Assembly: GCA_001443005.1 (NCBI GenBank)
Contig: LEKQ01000001.1
Span: forward strand, 142,792-206,791
Length of the DNA: 64,000 bases
Source: a bacterium GBS-1
GTDB lineage: Bacteria > Synergistota > GBS-1
Direction: 5' to 3'
Shown piece by piece: positions 47,385 to 56,857 of the stretch. Position numbers and translations under genes: made by a program. The notes under the pieces were generated by a model. It was not told where the DNA came from. It searched no databases and saw nothing but the letters and a program-made list of their open reading frames with translations. Each line of letters opens with the position of its first letter. The stretch's first letter is position 1.

Positions 47385-47730
47385 GTTTTCTATCGCAGAG
47401 TCTTTAATGGAAATAGTTTTAGAGGAAGCAACAAAACACAGAGCTTCGAAAATACTCAGGGTAAAAATAAGAGCTGGAAAGCTGATGGGAATAGTTCCTG
47501 ACCTCTTAACCTTCGCATTTAAATCCCTCTCAGAGGAAACTATAGCTGAAGGGGCTGAACTTGAAATAGAAGAAATCCCTTTCCAGGGGAAATGCCGCAA
47601 TTGTGGTTTCTTCTTTAGCATAGGTGATTTCTTTGGTATATGTCCCCAATGTGGAAGCGATAACTTGGAAATAGAAGGGGGCAATGATTTAGAATTAGTC
47701 GGACTTGAGATCGAAAGGAGTGAAAATTAG
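47377..47730 (+). CDS. hypA: hydrogenase nickel insertion protein HypA
   Basis: MHEFSIAESL N-terminus and CxxC...CxxC zinc site (CRNCG...CPQCG). Confidence 0.9.
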   Translation: MHEFSIAESLMEIVLEEATKHRASKILRVKIRAGKLMGIVPDLLTFAFKSLSEETIAEGAELEIEEIPFQGKCRNCGFFFSIGDFFGICPQCGSDNLEIEGGNDLELVGLEIERSEN

Positions 47731-48396
47731 TTGGAAATAAAGGTCATAAGAAAGATACTTGAAGCAGGTTCGAAAGTAGCAGAAACGAATAGAAAGATTT
47801 TGAAGGAAAAGGGAATTATTTCATTTAACTTCATTGGAGCTCCGGGAAGCGGAAAAACCTCTCTTCTATTAAGAATAATAGAAGCCTTAAGTGATAAATA
47901 CAAGATAGGCGTAATCGAAGGAGACTTGGCAACAACTAAAGATGCTGAGCTCATACACGAAACCGGGGTTCCCGTAGTTCAAATAAATACCGACGGAGGC
48001 TGCCACCTTGATGCAAATCTAGTAGGAAAAGCACTGGAGGAGCTACCTCTTGACAGGATAGATGTATTAATAATAGAAAACGTTGGCAACCTTGTATGCC
48101 CAACAGCCTTTGATTTAGGTGAAGACTATAAAGTAGGGGTCCTTAGCGTTCCGGAGGGAGATGACAAGCCAGAAAAATACCCTGTGATAGTCAAGGTATC
48201 CAAAGCCATAGTCTTAAATAAGATAGATATGCTACCTTACTTCAGATTTGACAAAGAGAAGTTCTACCAGCCTATAAAAAGGATTTCTCCAAATACCCCC
48301 GTCTTTGAGGTCTCTTGTGAGACAAAAGAAGGTATAAGTAGCTTCGTAAACTGGATGATTTCAAAAATAAACCAAAAGGGGGGCGAGGGGAAATGA
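47731..48396 (+). CDS. hypB: hydrogenase nickel incorporation GTPase HypB
   Basis: GAPGSGKTSLL P-loop and CH motif (GGCHLDA). Confidence 0.9.
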   Translation: MEIKVIRKILEAGSKVAETNRKILKEKGIISFNFIGAPGSGKTSLLLRIIEALSDKYKIGVIEGDLATTKDAELIHETGVPVVQINTDGGCHLDANLVGKALEELPLDRIDVLIIENVGNLVCPTAFDLGEDYKVGVLSVPEGDDKPEKYPVIVKVSKAIVLNKIDMLPYFRFDKEKFYQPIKRISPNTPVFEVSCETKEGISSFVNWMISKINQKGGEGK

Positions 48397-48977
48397 ACAA
48401 GAGGATTCTTATCATCGTGGGGGATTTTGTAGAAGACTATGAGGCTATGGTTCCATATCAGATGCTTCTCATGCTCGGATATAACGTAGATACGGTCTGC
48501 CCAGGTAAGAAAGCAGGGGAAAGGGTTAAAACCGCAATACATGACTTCGAGGGAGACCAAACCTATAGTGAGAAACCTGGTCATCTTTTCGCCATAACCA
48601 AGGATTTCGACAGCGTAAAAGTCGAGGATTACGACGGATTAGTTATCCCTGGTGGGCGAGCTCCTGAATATCTCAGGACCAATCCGAAGGTCATCGAACT
48701 CGTAAAGAAGTTCGCAGACGCTAAGAAACCCATAGCGGCAATATGCCATGGCCCACAACTTCTAACAGCAGCAAGAATCATAAGCGGAAAGAAAATCTGT
48801 GCTTACCCTGCAGTGGGAGCTGAAGTAGAACTTGCAGGGGCAACATATGTACCTCCAAATGAAACCTTCTCAAACGCTGTGGTAGACGGGATATTCGTAA
48901 CAGCACCAGCCTGGCCGGCACATCCGGAGTGGATCAGAAAATTCGTAGAGTTACTCGGGGCTAAGATAGAGATATAG
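48393..48977 (+). CDS. DJ-1/PfpI family protein
   Basis: AAICHGPQLL nucleophile-elbow Cys in a DJ-1/PfpI fold. 194 aa. Confidence 0.85.
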   Translation: MNKRILIIVGDFVEDYEAMVPYQMLLMLGYNVDTVCPGKKAGERVKTAIHDFEGDQTYSEKPGHLFAITKDFDSVKVEDYDGLVIPGGRAPEYLRTNPKVIELVKKFADAKKPIAAICHGPQLLTAARIISGKKICAYPAVGAEVELAGATYVPPNETFSNAVVDGIFVTAPAWPAHPEWIRKFVELLGAKIEI

Positions 48978-48988
48978 AGGCCAACGGC

Positions 48989-49027
48989 GTTGGAAGAAAG
49001 AGCCGCTAGTAAGCTCTTTCTTCCAAC
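48989..49027. terminator. bidirectional terminator hairpin between convergent pfpI-like and ABC ATPase genes
   Basis: Perfect 15-bp stem GTTGGAAGAAAGAGC / GCTCTTTCTTCCAAC with a 9-nt loop. Confidence 0.7.
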
Positions 49028-49037
49028 CCAAACAGAT

Positions 49038-50078
49038 TTAAGCTTCAAAGACATGAACGGCAGTAGCCTTAAATCCAGCAAAGAGTTTCTTGCCTGGCTG
49101 TATGCCAATTTCAACTGCTGAGGAACGCGTTACCAAGGCTTTGAGTGTTAACCCTCCAACATCCAAGGTAACCTTAAATAAACCTCCAATATCCATAACA
49201 TCTACTACAGTAGCCTCAAGCATATTTCTAAGCGAGCTCCTAAAAGGCTCTTCGGATAGAATTATATCCTCAGAGCGAACAGCTATCCTAACTCTACCAA
49301 AGTACCTCGTGGGAAGCACTATCCTGACTCCATTGGCTTCAAGAAGTTCACCGTTAGCCATACCCTCGATTATGTTCTCAAAACCCAAAAAGGAGGCAAT
49401 ATTCTCATCCCTAGGGTTAGAAAAGACTTCCTTCACACTTCCAACCTGAGACATCCTTCCATCTAACATTACCCCCACTCTATCTCCAAGAAGCAGAGCC
49501 TCCTCGAAGGAATGGGTAACATGTATCACAGTTAAGCCAAGCTCTCGTTTCCAAACCTTCATCTCAAGGATCAACCTAGAAGTAGTTGATGGATCAAGGT
49601 TAGCGAAGGGCTCATCTAAAAGCAAAAACTTACTACCAATAGCTAAACCTCTAGCAATAGCAACGCGCTGCGCTTCGCCTCCGCTTAGCGTTGAAGGCCT
49701 TCTTTCAAGAAGGTGCTCTATGTTAAGTACTGACGCTATATTTTTAACTACGTTTGAAATCTTATCTTCGGAGAGTTTTCTAATCTCAAGCCCATAGGCT
49801 ATATTTTCATAAACGGTCATATGGGGGAAGAGGGCATAGTTTTGAGGAACATAGGCAAAGCCCCTTTTTTCCGGCTCAAGAAACGTGATATCCTTCCCCT
49901 TCCATATTATCCTTCCCCTATAGGGGAAAAATATACCAGCTATAATCTCAAGTAATAAAGTTTTACCGGCCCCGCTTGGTCCAAGAACTATAAAATAATC
50001 CCCTTCGTAAACCTTGAAAGACACATCGTTAAGACTAAAATCTTTCCAACTTCTATATACACTTTGAAGCTCAAGCAC
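49038..50078 (-). CDS. wtpC: molybdate/tungstate ABC transporter ATP-binding protein with C-terminal TOBE domain
   Basis: GPSGAGKT Walker [16 protein letters not shown] signature, and a C-terminal TOBE-like domain. Confidence 0.8.
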   Translation of the reverse strand: MLELQSVYRSWKDFSLNDVSFKVYEGDYFIVLGPSGAGKTLLLEIIAGIFFPYRGRIIWKGKDITFLEPEKRGFAYVPQNYALFPHMTVYENIAYGLEIRKLSEDKISNVVKNIASVLNIEHLLERRPSTLSGGEAQRVAIARGLAIGSKFLLLDEPFANLDPSTTSRLILEMKVWKRELGLTVIHVTHSFEEALLLGDRVGVMLDGRMSQVGSVKEVFSNPRDENIASFLGFENIIEGMANGELLEANGVRIVLPTRYFGRVRIAVRSEDIILSEEPFRSSLRNMLEATVVDVMDIGGLFKVTLDVGGLTLKALVTRSSAVEIGIQPGKKLFAGFKATAVHVFEA

Positions 50079-50829
50079 TCTTACTTAACCTCCCTATCAA
50101 TGCCCTAAGTAAAGCAAAGGCTCCTAAGCTTAATCCCATAAGTATTACGGCAATGGGTCTTGACGCAGCAAGACCATAGTTGTTGAAATACTCCATAACA
50201 ACCACCTGCGCGGTCTTAGGATAATAAGCTACCACCATTATCGCTCCAACCTCGCTCACTGCCCTCGCCCAAGCCATTACCCCCCCAGTTGCTATAGAAT
50301 GAAAGGCGATAGGGAGAGAAACAGTAAAGAAAACTCTAATTTTAGAGGCACCAAGGCTCCGCGCCACATACTCAAGCTTAGGATCAACAGCCAAGAACCC
50401 ATCTCGGGAGGAGTTAACTACAAAAGAAACGGACACAAATAACATAACCATGATTATCCCCGTGTAACTGTCAAGGATTCTCCTAGAAAAAGCAAGTAAA
50501 AGCATTATACCTACCACTGAATGGGGGATAACTACTGGGAGATCCACTATACCCTGAACTAAAGCTTTACCCTTAAATTCCCTTTTAGCCAAAAGATATC
50601 CTAAAGGAACCCCAAGGATCAAGGCCAGGAAGGTGGAGATTAGAGAGGTAAACAGAGTATTTCTTAATGCTTCAAGAACAACTTCATCGCGAAAAGCTTT
50701 AAGTAAGCTACCTATATCTACAATCTGCTCACCAAAAAGGGTTAATATAGGGTAAAGGACATAAGCTATTAAAACGCTTCCTATGCCTGCAAAAAGATAG
50801 TCGAAATAATCCCGCTTAGATTTATTCAC
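50071..50829 (-). CDS. wtpB: molybdate/tungstate ABC transporter permease
   Basis: Six-TM MetI-like permease with an EAA loop region (ARSLGAS). Confidence 0.8.
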   Translation of the reverse strand: MNKSKRDYFDYLFAGIGSVLIAYVLYPILTLFGEQIVDIGSLLKAFRDEVVLEALRNTLFTSLISTFLALILGVPLGYLLAKREFKGKALVQGIVDLPVVIPHSVVGIMLLLAFSRRILDSYTGIIMVMLFVSVSFVVNSSRDGFLAVDPKLEYVARSLGASKIRVFFTVSLPIAFHSIATGGVMAWARAVSEVGAIMVVAYYPKTAQVVVMEYFNNYGLAASRPIAVILMGLSLGAFALLRALIGRLSKSA

Positions 50830-51842
50830 CTTACCTCCACCAACCTCTCTATCTCCTTGGGAACTTCTCCAAAGGCAATGGGCTTTTCCAGAAAATCATG
50901 ATAATTATCTATGAAAGCCCTTCTACCCTCACTAAGCATATAGCTTATAAAGTCAAGAGCAAGATCCCTATTGGGAGCATCCCTAAGCATAGCAATACCA
51001 TAGACCACAGGGATTCCTTTTATTTTACTCCCGATATATTCAAGAAAAACAATAGTCCTCTCATAGATGTTATCGAAAGAAATGTTTCCCAAGTTTATCT
51101 CAGAAGGCAGCTCAACATAGCCCAAACCATGTTGCTTTGCAACGCTTTTATAGATGAAAAGGTAGTCCAGGGCACCACTTTTTACCAACCCAGCCAGATC
51201 TACTTCCTTCGGTCTTATAACTATCTTTCTTGAATTAACCTTTATAATTTTAGGAACGTGTATCTCACAGTTTAAAGAAGTTATATTAGTATTAGAAGCA
51301 ATCAAAGAATTAAATACCGGTTTACCGTAATAGAACTCAGAAAGCTTGATAACCATTAGGCTTCTATATCCACAGGGATCCTGATTAGGATCACCAAATC
51401 CAAAAGAAACACCTTCTTTAGATAGAACATCATACCAATTTTGAGAGTTTATACTATCCCTATACTTACTTTTCTCAGAGTAGGCCAGCACTATCTCATT
51501 AGTTGCAAAAAGAATGTAGAAAGAGGCATGTTTAGGAAAGAGAAGCTGAGGAATTAAAGCATAGTCAGCAACGGCTATTATATCACCCCTTTTACCAAGA
51601 TCAGTCACCTTTCTTATCGCCTCAATGCTTCCAGATATCTCACTTCTAAAAGACACTTCTTCCCCGAACCTTTCCATATAGTAACTCTTAAAACTCTCCT
51701 GAAGCGCTTTAAACGGGATGCTTAAGGAGCCTGCGTGAAACATGATGAGTTCTTTACTCCTCACACTTGATAGAAAGCTTGAGGTTAAAAGCAAAACCAG
51801 TAAGAAGAATATCGATACCTTCTTACATGGCAAGTTAAACAT
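50826..51842 (-). CDS. wtpA: tungstate/molybdate ABC transporter substrate-binding protein (WtpA-like)
   Basis: Signal peptide, then [13 protein letters not shown] matching the WtpA FHAGSL motif. Confidence 0.7.
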   Translation of the reverse strand: MFNLPCKKVSIFFLLVLLLTSSFLSSVRSKELIMFHAGSLSIPFKALQESFKSYYMERFGEEVSFRSEISGSIEAIRKVTDLGKRGDIIAVADYALIPQLLFPKHASFYILFATNEIVLAYSEKSKYRDSINSQNWYDVLSKEGVSFGFGDPNQDPCGYRSLMVIKLSEFYYGKPVFNSLIASNTNITSLNCEIHVPKIIKVNSRKIVIRPKEVDLAGLVKSGALDYLFIYKSVAKQHGLGYVELPSEINLGNISFDNIYERTIVFLEYIGSKIKGIPVVYGIAMLRDAPNRDLALDFISYMLSEGRRAFIDNYHDFLEKPIAFGEVPKEIERLVEVR

Positions 51843-51962
51843 GGTTCATCCCGTTAAGTTAAAAATTAAAGTTCCTTTCACAAAGCTAAGCAAGGGAAGC
51901 ATCTTTCGATCATAGACGACCTTTAAAATTATAACATATCTTCAGGGCTTATCTATAAGCGA

Positions 51963-51992
51963 TTGACCAAGTCTTGGAATTGGGAGTATAAT
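51963..51992 (+). promoter_or_regulatory. sigma70-like promoter TTGACC-18-TATAAT
   Basis: Near-consensus hexamers 40 nt upstream of the 52033 start. Confidence 0.6.
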
Positions 51993-52032
51993 TCAAGTAA
52001 CTGTTTTTATTTTTACTAAAGGAGGTGAAAAA

Positions 52033-52677
52033 ATGACTAAGAATAGATTTATAACACTTGATATTTGTCTATTAATATTCTTACTATTAGCCTTAGCTGA
52101 AAGATCGGAAGCGCAAAGCATTTATTATAAGGAGATACTCACAGACGAAGATGTAAGCCTAAGCCCACGCACTTGGGTTATCCTTAATGAAATAACTACA
52201 TGGGACCAAATAGTAACCTACACTGGAGATCCTAACCTCCATAACCTTGAAAATATTATAAGGTCAAGCCCAAAAGTCCAACCAGATTCTGATGTATATT
52301 TATACGGACTAGGAATGTACTTTTGGAGCGCGGTAATTGAGAACGATCTGTTCATCACCATCAGCTCTCTATATTATGATAGCCAAGAAGACCTAGTCAT
52401 AGCTTTTAACCCTTGGATAAGAACTTGGCACATTATAGATGAATTCTCCTCAGGAGCTTACATAGAAAACGCTTACCCACTAACGTTATGCATCGAAGAT
52501 GACTCTATATATGATGCAACTCCTGGAACTCCCCAACCAGAGATAACTTTCATAGTCGTAATAGCTAAGGTCTATAACTATGGTGGAGGAGGTGGATGTA
52601 CTACAGGAGAGAAAGAAAGCCTAAATCTTTTGTTATTACTACTTCCTCTCGGACTAATGATATTTAAAAAACGTTAA
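52033..52677 (+). CDS. secreted protein with Gly/Cys-rich C-terminal sorting-signal-like tail
   Basis: Signal peptide (LLIFLLLALAERSEA). C-terminus YGGGGGCTTGEKESLNLLLLLLPLGLMIFKKR, that is a Gly run with Cys, a TM helix and a basic tail. Confidence 0.6.
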   Translation: MTKNRFITLDICLLIFLLLALAERSEAQSIYYKEILTDEDVSLSPRTWVILNEITTWDQIVTYTGDPNLHNLENIIRSSPKVQPDSDVYLYGLGMYFWSAVIENDLFITISSLYYDSQEDLVIAFNPWIRTWHIIDEFSSGAYIENAYPLTLCIEDDSIYDATPGTPQPEITFIVVIAKVYNYGGGGGCTTGEKESLNLLLLLLPLGLMIFKKR

Positions 52678-52714
52678 GATTGGATTTAAAAGACGAAACT
52701 AAACTTTGCTAAAA

Positions 52715-52753
52715 GCGGGGTAGCTCTGATAAAGTGAAAAGGAGCTGCCCCGT
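52715..52753 (+). terminator. stem-loop downstream of 52033 gene (putative terminator)
   Basis: GCGGGGTAGCTC / GAGCTGCCCCGT stem with a 15-nt loop. The U-tract is weak. Confidence 0.4.
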
Positions 52754-52787
52754 ACTTTCTAAAGCTTATTAAAAGGGAGGTATAAGC

Positions 52788-53624
52788 TTGAGGGTATCCA
52801 TAATAGGAGTAGGCCTCATGGGAGGATCCCTTGGAATGGCTCTCAGGAAAAGGCTAAAAGCCTTCGTTAAAGGACATGTTAGAAGGGAAGAAACAGGCAT
52901 GAAAGCGGTAGAGCTTGGTGCCCTAGACGAGTGGAGCCTATCTCTCGAAGAAAGCGTTAAAAATGCTGATTACGTATTTTTTGCCACCCCCGTAAAGAGC
53001 ATAATTAACATCTTTAAGGAAGCCCAGCCTTTCCTAAAAAAGGGGACTTTAGTAAGCGACCTTGGAAGCACCAAGAGAAGCATAGTTAGGGAAATAACCC
53101 CCGTTCTAAGAGACGATCTTGCCTTTATAGGAGGTCATCCCATGACGGGATCAGAAAAAAGCGGTATAGAGCACGCAAGAGCTGATCTATATGAAGGAGC
53201 AACCTACATACTAACACCAGTTCCCCCCTACGATAGAGGAAGAATTGACGAGCTCATAGAAATAATTAAATCCTTAGGTGCTAACCCTTTTATAATCGAT
53301 CCGGAAAAACACGATCTACTCGTAGCACTTGTAAGCCATCTACCATACCTGATATCCGTTTCCTTGGTTAAACTTCTCGATGAAGATCCGGAAGCAGAAA
53401 AGGTAGTCGCAGGCAACTTCAGGGATTTAACCAGACCGGCATCGAGCGACCCAACGATGTGGAAAGACATACTGAGAGATAACAGGGATTTTATAAAAGG
53501 TAAGCTCTTTAAACTCTATGAGATCATGGTAAAAGTGCTTGAAATGAAAGAAGAAGACTTATACCAATTCCTTAGCAGCATCAAGAATAGAAGAGATTCC
53601 ATATTTCTCACAAGGCTTTCTTAA
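52788..53624 (+). CDS. tyrA: prephenate dehydrogenase
   Basis: IIGVGLMGGSLGMAL Rossmann N-terminus. TTG start with AGGGAGG SD. Confidence 0.85.
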   Translation: MRVSIIGVGLMGGSLGMALRKRLKAFVKGHVRREETGMKAVELGALDEWSLSLEESVKNADYVFFATPVKSIINIFKEAQPFLKKGTLVSDLGSTKRSIVREITPVLRDDLAFIGGHPMTGSEKSGIEHARADLYEGATYILTPVPPYDRGRIDELIEIIKSLGANPFIIDPEKHDLLVALVSHLPYLISVSLVKLLDEDPEAEKVVAGNFRDLTRPASSDPTMWKDILRDNRDFIKGKLFKLYEIMVKVLEMKEEDLYQFLSSIKNRRDSIFLTRLS

Positions 53625-54643
53625 CTAACCTGACCAGATGGATAAGAACCAAGAAGCTTTACAAAGATAGACATTTCTTCAAGTTCACTTAAGGCCTCCT
53701 TAACTTCTTTATCTTTTAGACTTCCCTTAAAATCCATAAAGAAGATATAATCCCACGGTTTAGTTTTAACCGGCCTTGAATGGATGCTAGTTAAATCTAT
53801 CCCTCTCTCAGCAAAGGGACGTAAAGCGCGATAAAGAGCTCCGGGAACGTTTTTAACGCTAAATATTAGACTCGTCTTATCCCCTTCAACTTGCTCCCTT
53901 GATATAACTATAAACCTAGTATAATTGTTCTTCCTATCCTGGATCGACCTCTCTATAACCCTCAATCCATATATCTCAGACAAAAGCTCAGCTCCTATCA
54001 CCGCTTCTCCCCTCTCTTTAGCTATCTGAGCTGCTTTCGAGGTACTCTCCACACTTATAAGCTTCGCATTGGGGAACCTTTCAGAAATATAATCCCTACA
54101 CTGCTCCAAGGCGTGAGAATGAGAATATATCTCTCTTATATTGCCAATGTCTTTTTCAGAAAGAAGACATAAATCTATCCTCTCGTACCTCTCCCCAACG
54201 ACATAAACGTTCCTTTCCAACAACAAATCTAATACTTCTCCAACTGGACCAGCCAAACTGTTATCTATAGGCAAAATTGAAAACTCACTCCTTTTACCCT
54301 CAACCATATCAAAAAGCTCCCTGAAATTCCTACAGGGGCTTAACTCCACATAATGCGAAAAGGCATTTATAGCAGCTTGGTGAGAAAAACTTCCCTCGGG
54401 TCCCAGAAAGCAAACCCTTACAGGCTCCTGAACCCTCCTACAAAGACCGATTATTTCTCTGAAGATCTCTTTATACCTCCCAGCCCAAAGAAGTATCTCC
54501 TGCTCTCTCTTGGGATCCCAAAAGGGAATATTTTCCCTCCTTTTATACTCTCCCAACTTCTTAGCAATTTCAACTCTCTCATCCAGAAGAGACCTTATCT
54601 TCTCATCTATTTGAGAGATCCTTTGCCGCAACTCTTCAAGCAT
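53621..54643 (-). CDS. pheA: bifunctional chorismate mutase / prephenate dehydratase
   Basis: CM_2 domain (LEELRQRISQIDEKIRSLLDERVEIAKKLGEYK), PDT domain and ACT domain. The track ORF extends 7 codons upstream to 54664. Confidence 0.85.
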   Translation of the reverse strand: MLEELRQRISQIDEKIRSLLDERVEIAKKLGEYKRRENIPFWDPKREQEILLWAGRYKEIFREIIGLCRRVQEPVRVCFLGPEGSFSHQAAINAFSHYVELSPCRNFRELFDMVEGKRSEFSILPIDNSLAGPVGEVLDLLLERNVYVVGERYERIDLCLLSEKDIGNIREIYSHSHALEQCRDYISERFPNAKLISVESTSKAAQIAKERGEAVIGAELLSEIYGLRVIERSIQDRKNNYTRFIVISREQVEGDKTSLIFSVKNVPGALYRALRPFAERGIDLTSIHSRPVKTKPWDYIFFMDFKGSLKDKEVKEALSELEEMSIFVKLLGSYPSGQVS

Positions 54644-54774
54644 CCCCTGAACACCTCCTTTCAACTATAAATTTAGTATAACACACAATCGCCAAAAAGC
54701 GATATTTCCAAAGGTTGTTCTGTAATGAACATTCTATTCCAAAGGTAGAGGATGGATTAAACATATTTTCTATT

Positions 54775-54805
54775 TTATCAAAAATTTTCTTGCTTTTTTT
54801 GATAA
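54775..54805 (+). promoter_or_regulatory. 10-bp perfect inverted repeat (TTATCAAAAA-N11-TTTTTGATAA) overlapping a putative -35 TTGATA
   Basis: The two arms are exact reverse complements. The IR lies 45 nt upstream of the first gene of the EPS locus, with a TATATC/TTATAT -10-like element downstream. Confidence 0.45.
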
Positions 54806-54848
54806 TTAGTGATAACATATTTATATCTTCAGGAAAGGGGATAAAAAC

Positions 54849-55964
54849 ATGAAAAGAGTTTTGGGGAAAAAGGGGATGTTTTTAACACTACTTGCTATTG
54901 TTTTACTCTCACTGGCATGTGGAAGCGGAAACTCCTATAATGGAGGGATTGGGGATGCTGCTGAACCCACGTTCTACCAGTTAAAGGAAGACATAGCACG
55001 CGGCTTAGAAACCCTAAGATCACCGCAAGGGTTGTTATATACCTCTACGACAGAAAAGAGTTTCTTATCTGAGACCATAGGTCTTGAGATGCTTTGGCGT
55101 GTGATGATAGAAGACAAGGCAAATTTCGACAAGCAATACGCTCTTTTGAAGAAATATTTTATCTCCCCAGGGGGATTACTTTACTGGAAGCTAAGCGCAA
55201 ATCTGAAACCCTCTAACGCAAATGCATCCGTAGACGATTTAAGGGTCTGTAAAGCTCTCCTATTGGCTTACAAGAAGTGGGGAGACTCAAACTATCTTAG
55301 CGCCGCAAAGCAGATAGCAGATGGACTACTTAAATATTGTGTTAAAGACTACATACTATTAGACGGAGCTTCTTGGCAGAGCGGGGGAATATACGGAGGC
55401 GTGAAAATAACCGGAGTAATTAACCAGATAACGCTTTCTTATCCAGACATTGAAACGATGATACTTTTAAGAGACATTAACGGCGAATGGCTCAAGGTTG
55501 CTCAAAAAACAGCTGGTGTGGTCCTATTGGGAGCAACCCTTAAGGAACACGATGTATACTGGGGATATGATTTAGTAAAAGAAAGCTACTTTGATCTAGG
55601 TGAAGAAAACTTAATAAACGTATTTCTTCATCTTTTTCATCTAGCAAGTATTGGAAGCATACCTGTAAAAAATGTCAGCTATTTCGCATCCAATTTAAAA
55701 AGCGAGGGAGGAATATACATAAATGGAGTTGATGAAAACGTAGCCGTTTACGCTGTTGCAAGCATGGTTTTTCATTATAGCGGATTCCCGGAAGAGAGAG
55801 ACACCTGCCTTAAAAAGCTATTTGATTTTCGCTTAGATAACGGTCTTTTAGGCTACTTGCTCGATGGGGGCAAAGTAAATGCGTGGGCATTTGACAACTT
55901 ACTTGCTCTAATTTCGCTCGAAATAGCGATGAAAAGTAAGGAGGCTCAAACAAGTAACCCATGA
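54849..55964 (+). CDS. putative lipoprotein glycoside hydrolase (GH8-like alpha/alpha-toroid)
   Basis: Signal peptide with Cys (LLSLAC). TSTTEKSFLSETIGLEMLW and ASVDDLRVCKALLLAY resemble the GH8 SEGQSY / D-x-x-IAxALL motifs. The assignment is tentative. Confidence 0.45.
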   Translation: MKRVLGKKGMFLTLLAIVLLSLACGSGNSYNGGIGDAAEPTFYQLKEDIARGLETLRSPQGLLYTSTTEKSFLSETIGLEMLWRVMIEDKANFDKQYALLKKYFISPGGLLYWKLSANLKPSNANASVDDLRVCKALLLAYKKWGDSNYLSAAKQIADGLLKYCVKDYILLDGASWQSGGIYGGVKITGVINQITLSYPDIETMILLRDINGEWLKVAQKTAGVVLLGATLKEHDVYWGYDLVKESYFDLGEENLINVFLHLFHLASIGSIPVKNVSYFASNLKSEGGIYINGVDENVAVYAVASMVFHYSGFPEERDTCLKKLFDFRLDNGLLGYLLDGGKVNAWAFDNLLALISLEIAMKSKEAQTSNP

Positions 55965-56857
55965 GAAAAGAAAGCAATTCAAGCCCTAATGACCCAACCC
56001 CCTTAGAGAAAAGCCTTAAGGAAAGGTTCTATATTCTTACAAGCATCGTGCTTATACTATTTACTATTTTACAAACATGGCTATTTATGAATGGCGCCTA
56101 TAACATAGAGCAATTCATATTACTTACATTAAGCATCTTCTTACTATATGTGGGATTAATTGGTGGATTGAAAATCACCATGATTGCGAACCTTATTTTC
56201 GTGCTTGGATATGGACTTTTGAACACCTTCCTATACTTTAAATTTTATTTAGAAGCGAAAATAGGAATCAACCAGTTTATATGGCTAATAATCACTCCAC
56301 TAATAGCATACATAGGAGGGCTAATACACGAAGAGTGGAAAAAGCTTTTAACACAGCTTGTAGCTTTGGTAAGCGAGGGTGAGAGCTTTAACACATTAGA
56401 TAGGACAGTTGGGCTAACCAAGGCAGAAAGCTTCGCTCTCAGAGTTAATCAGGAAATCTCAAGGGTTAAAAGGCACGGTGGAACTTTTAGTATCCTGCTA
56501 ATTAAAGTTGAACACCTCAAGGAACTTTCGGACATATACGGAGAAAGGATAAGAGATACGGTTTTGGGAAAGGTGACCGAAGCTCTTAAGAAACTCAAGA
56601 GAGAAGAAGACTCCCTTTATTACATATCAGAAGGGGAATTTGCCCTTCTCTTACCAGATACCAACAAAGAAGGGGCTAATCTGATGTTAAAAAGAATTAA
56701 GCAGGATCTGAACTATGTTGATATCTCGGGTGAAAAGGATTTTATGAGAATAAAGATCAATATCCGGATAGGAGCATCAACATACCCAGACGATGGAGAA
56801 GATTACATACCCTTGATATGGGCAGCTAGAAAGGAGTATGAGTATGACATTAAATAA
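55961..56857 (+). CDS. membrane protein with degenerate GGDEF domain (SEGEF) and intact RxxD I-site
   Basis: Four or five N-terminal TM helices. The GGDEF fold is recognisable: REED-SLYYI-SEGEF in place of RxxD-x5-GGDEF. Confidence 0.65.
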   Translation: MRKESNSSPNDPTPLEKSLKERFYILTSIVLILFTILQTWLFMNGAYNIEQFILLTLSIFLLYVGLIGGLKITMIANLIFVLGYGLLNTFLYFKFYLEAKIGINQFIWLIITPLIAYIGGLIHEEWKKLLTQLVALVSEGESFNTLDRTVGLTKAESFALRVNQEISRVKRHGGTFSILLIKVEHLKELSDIYGERIRDTVLGKVTEALKKLKREEDSLYYISEGEFALLLPDTNKEGANLMLKRIKQDLNYVDISGEKDFMRIKINIRIGASTYPDDGEDYIPLIWAARKEYEYDIK

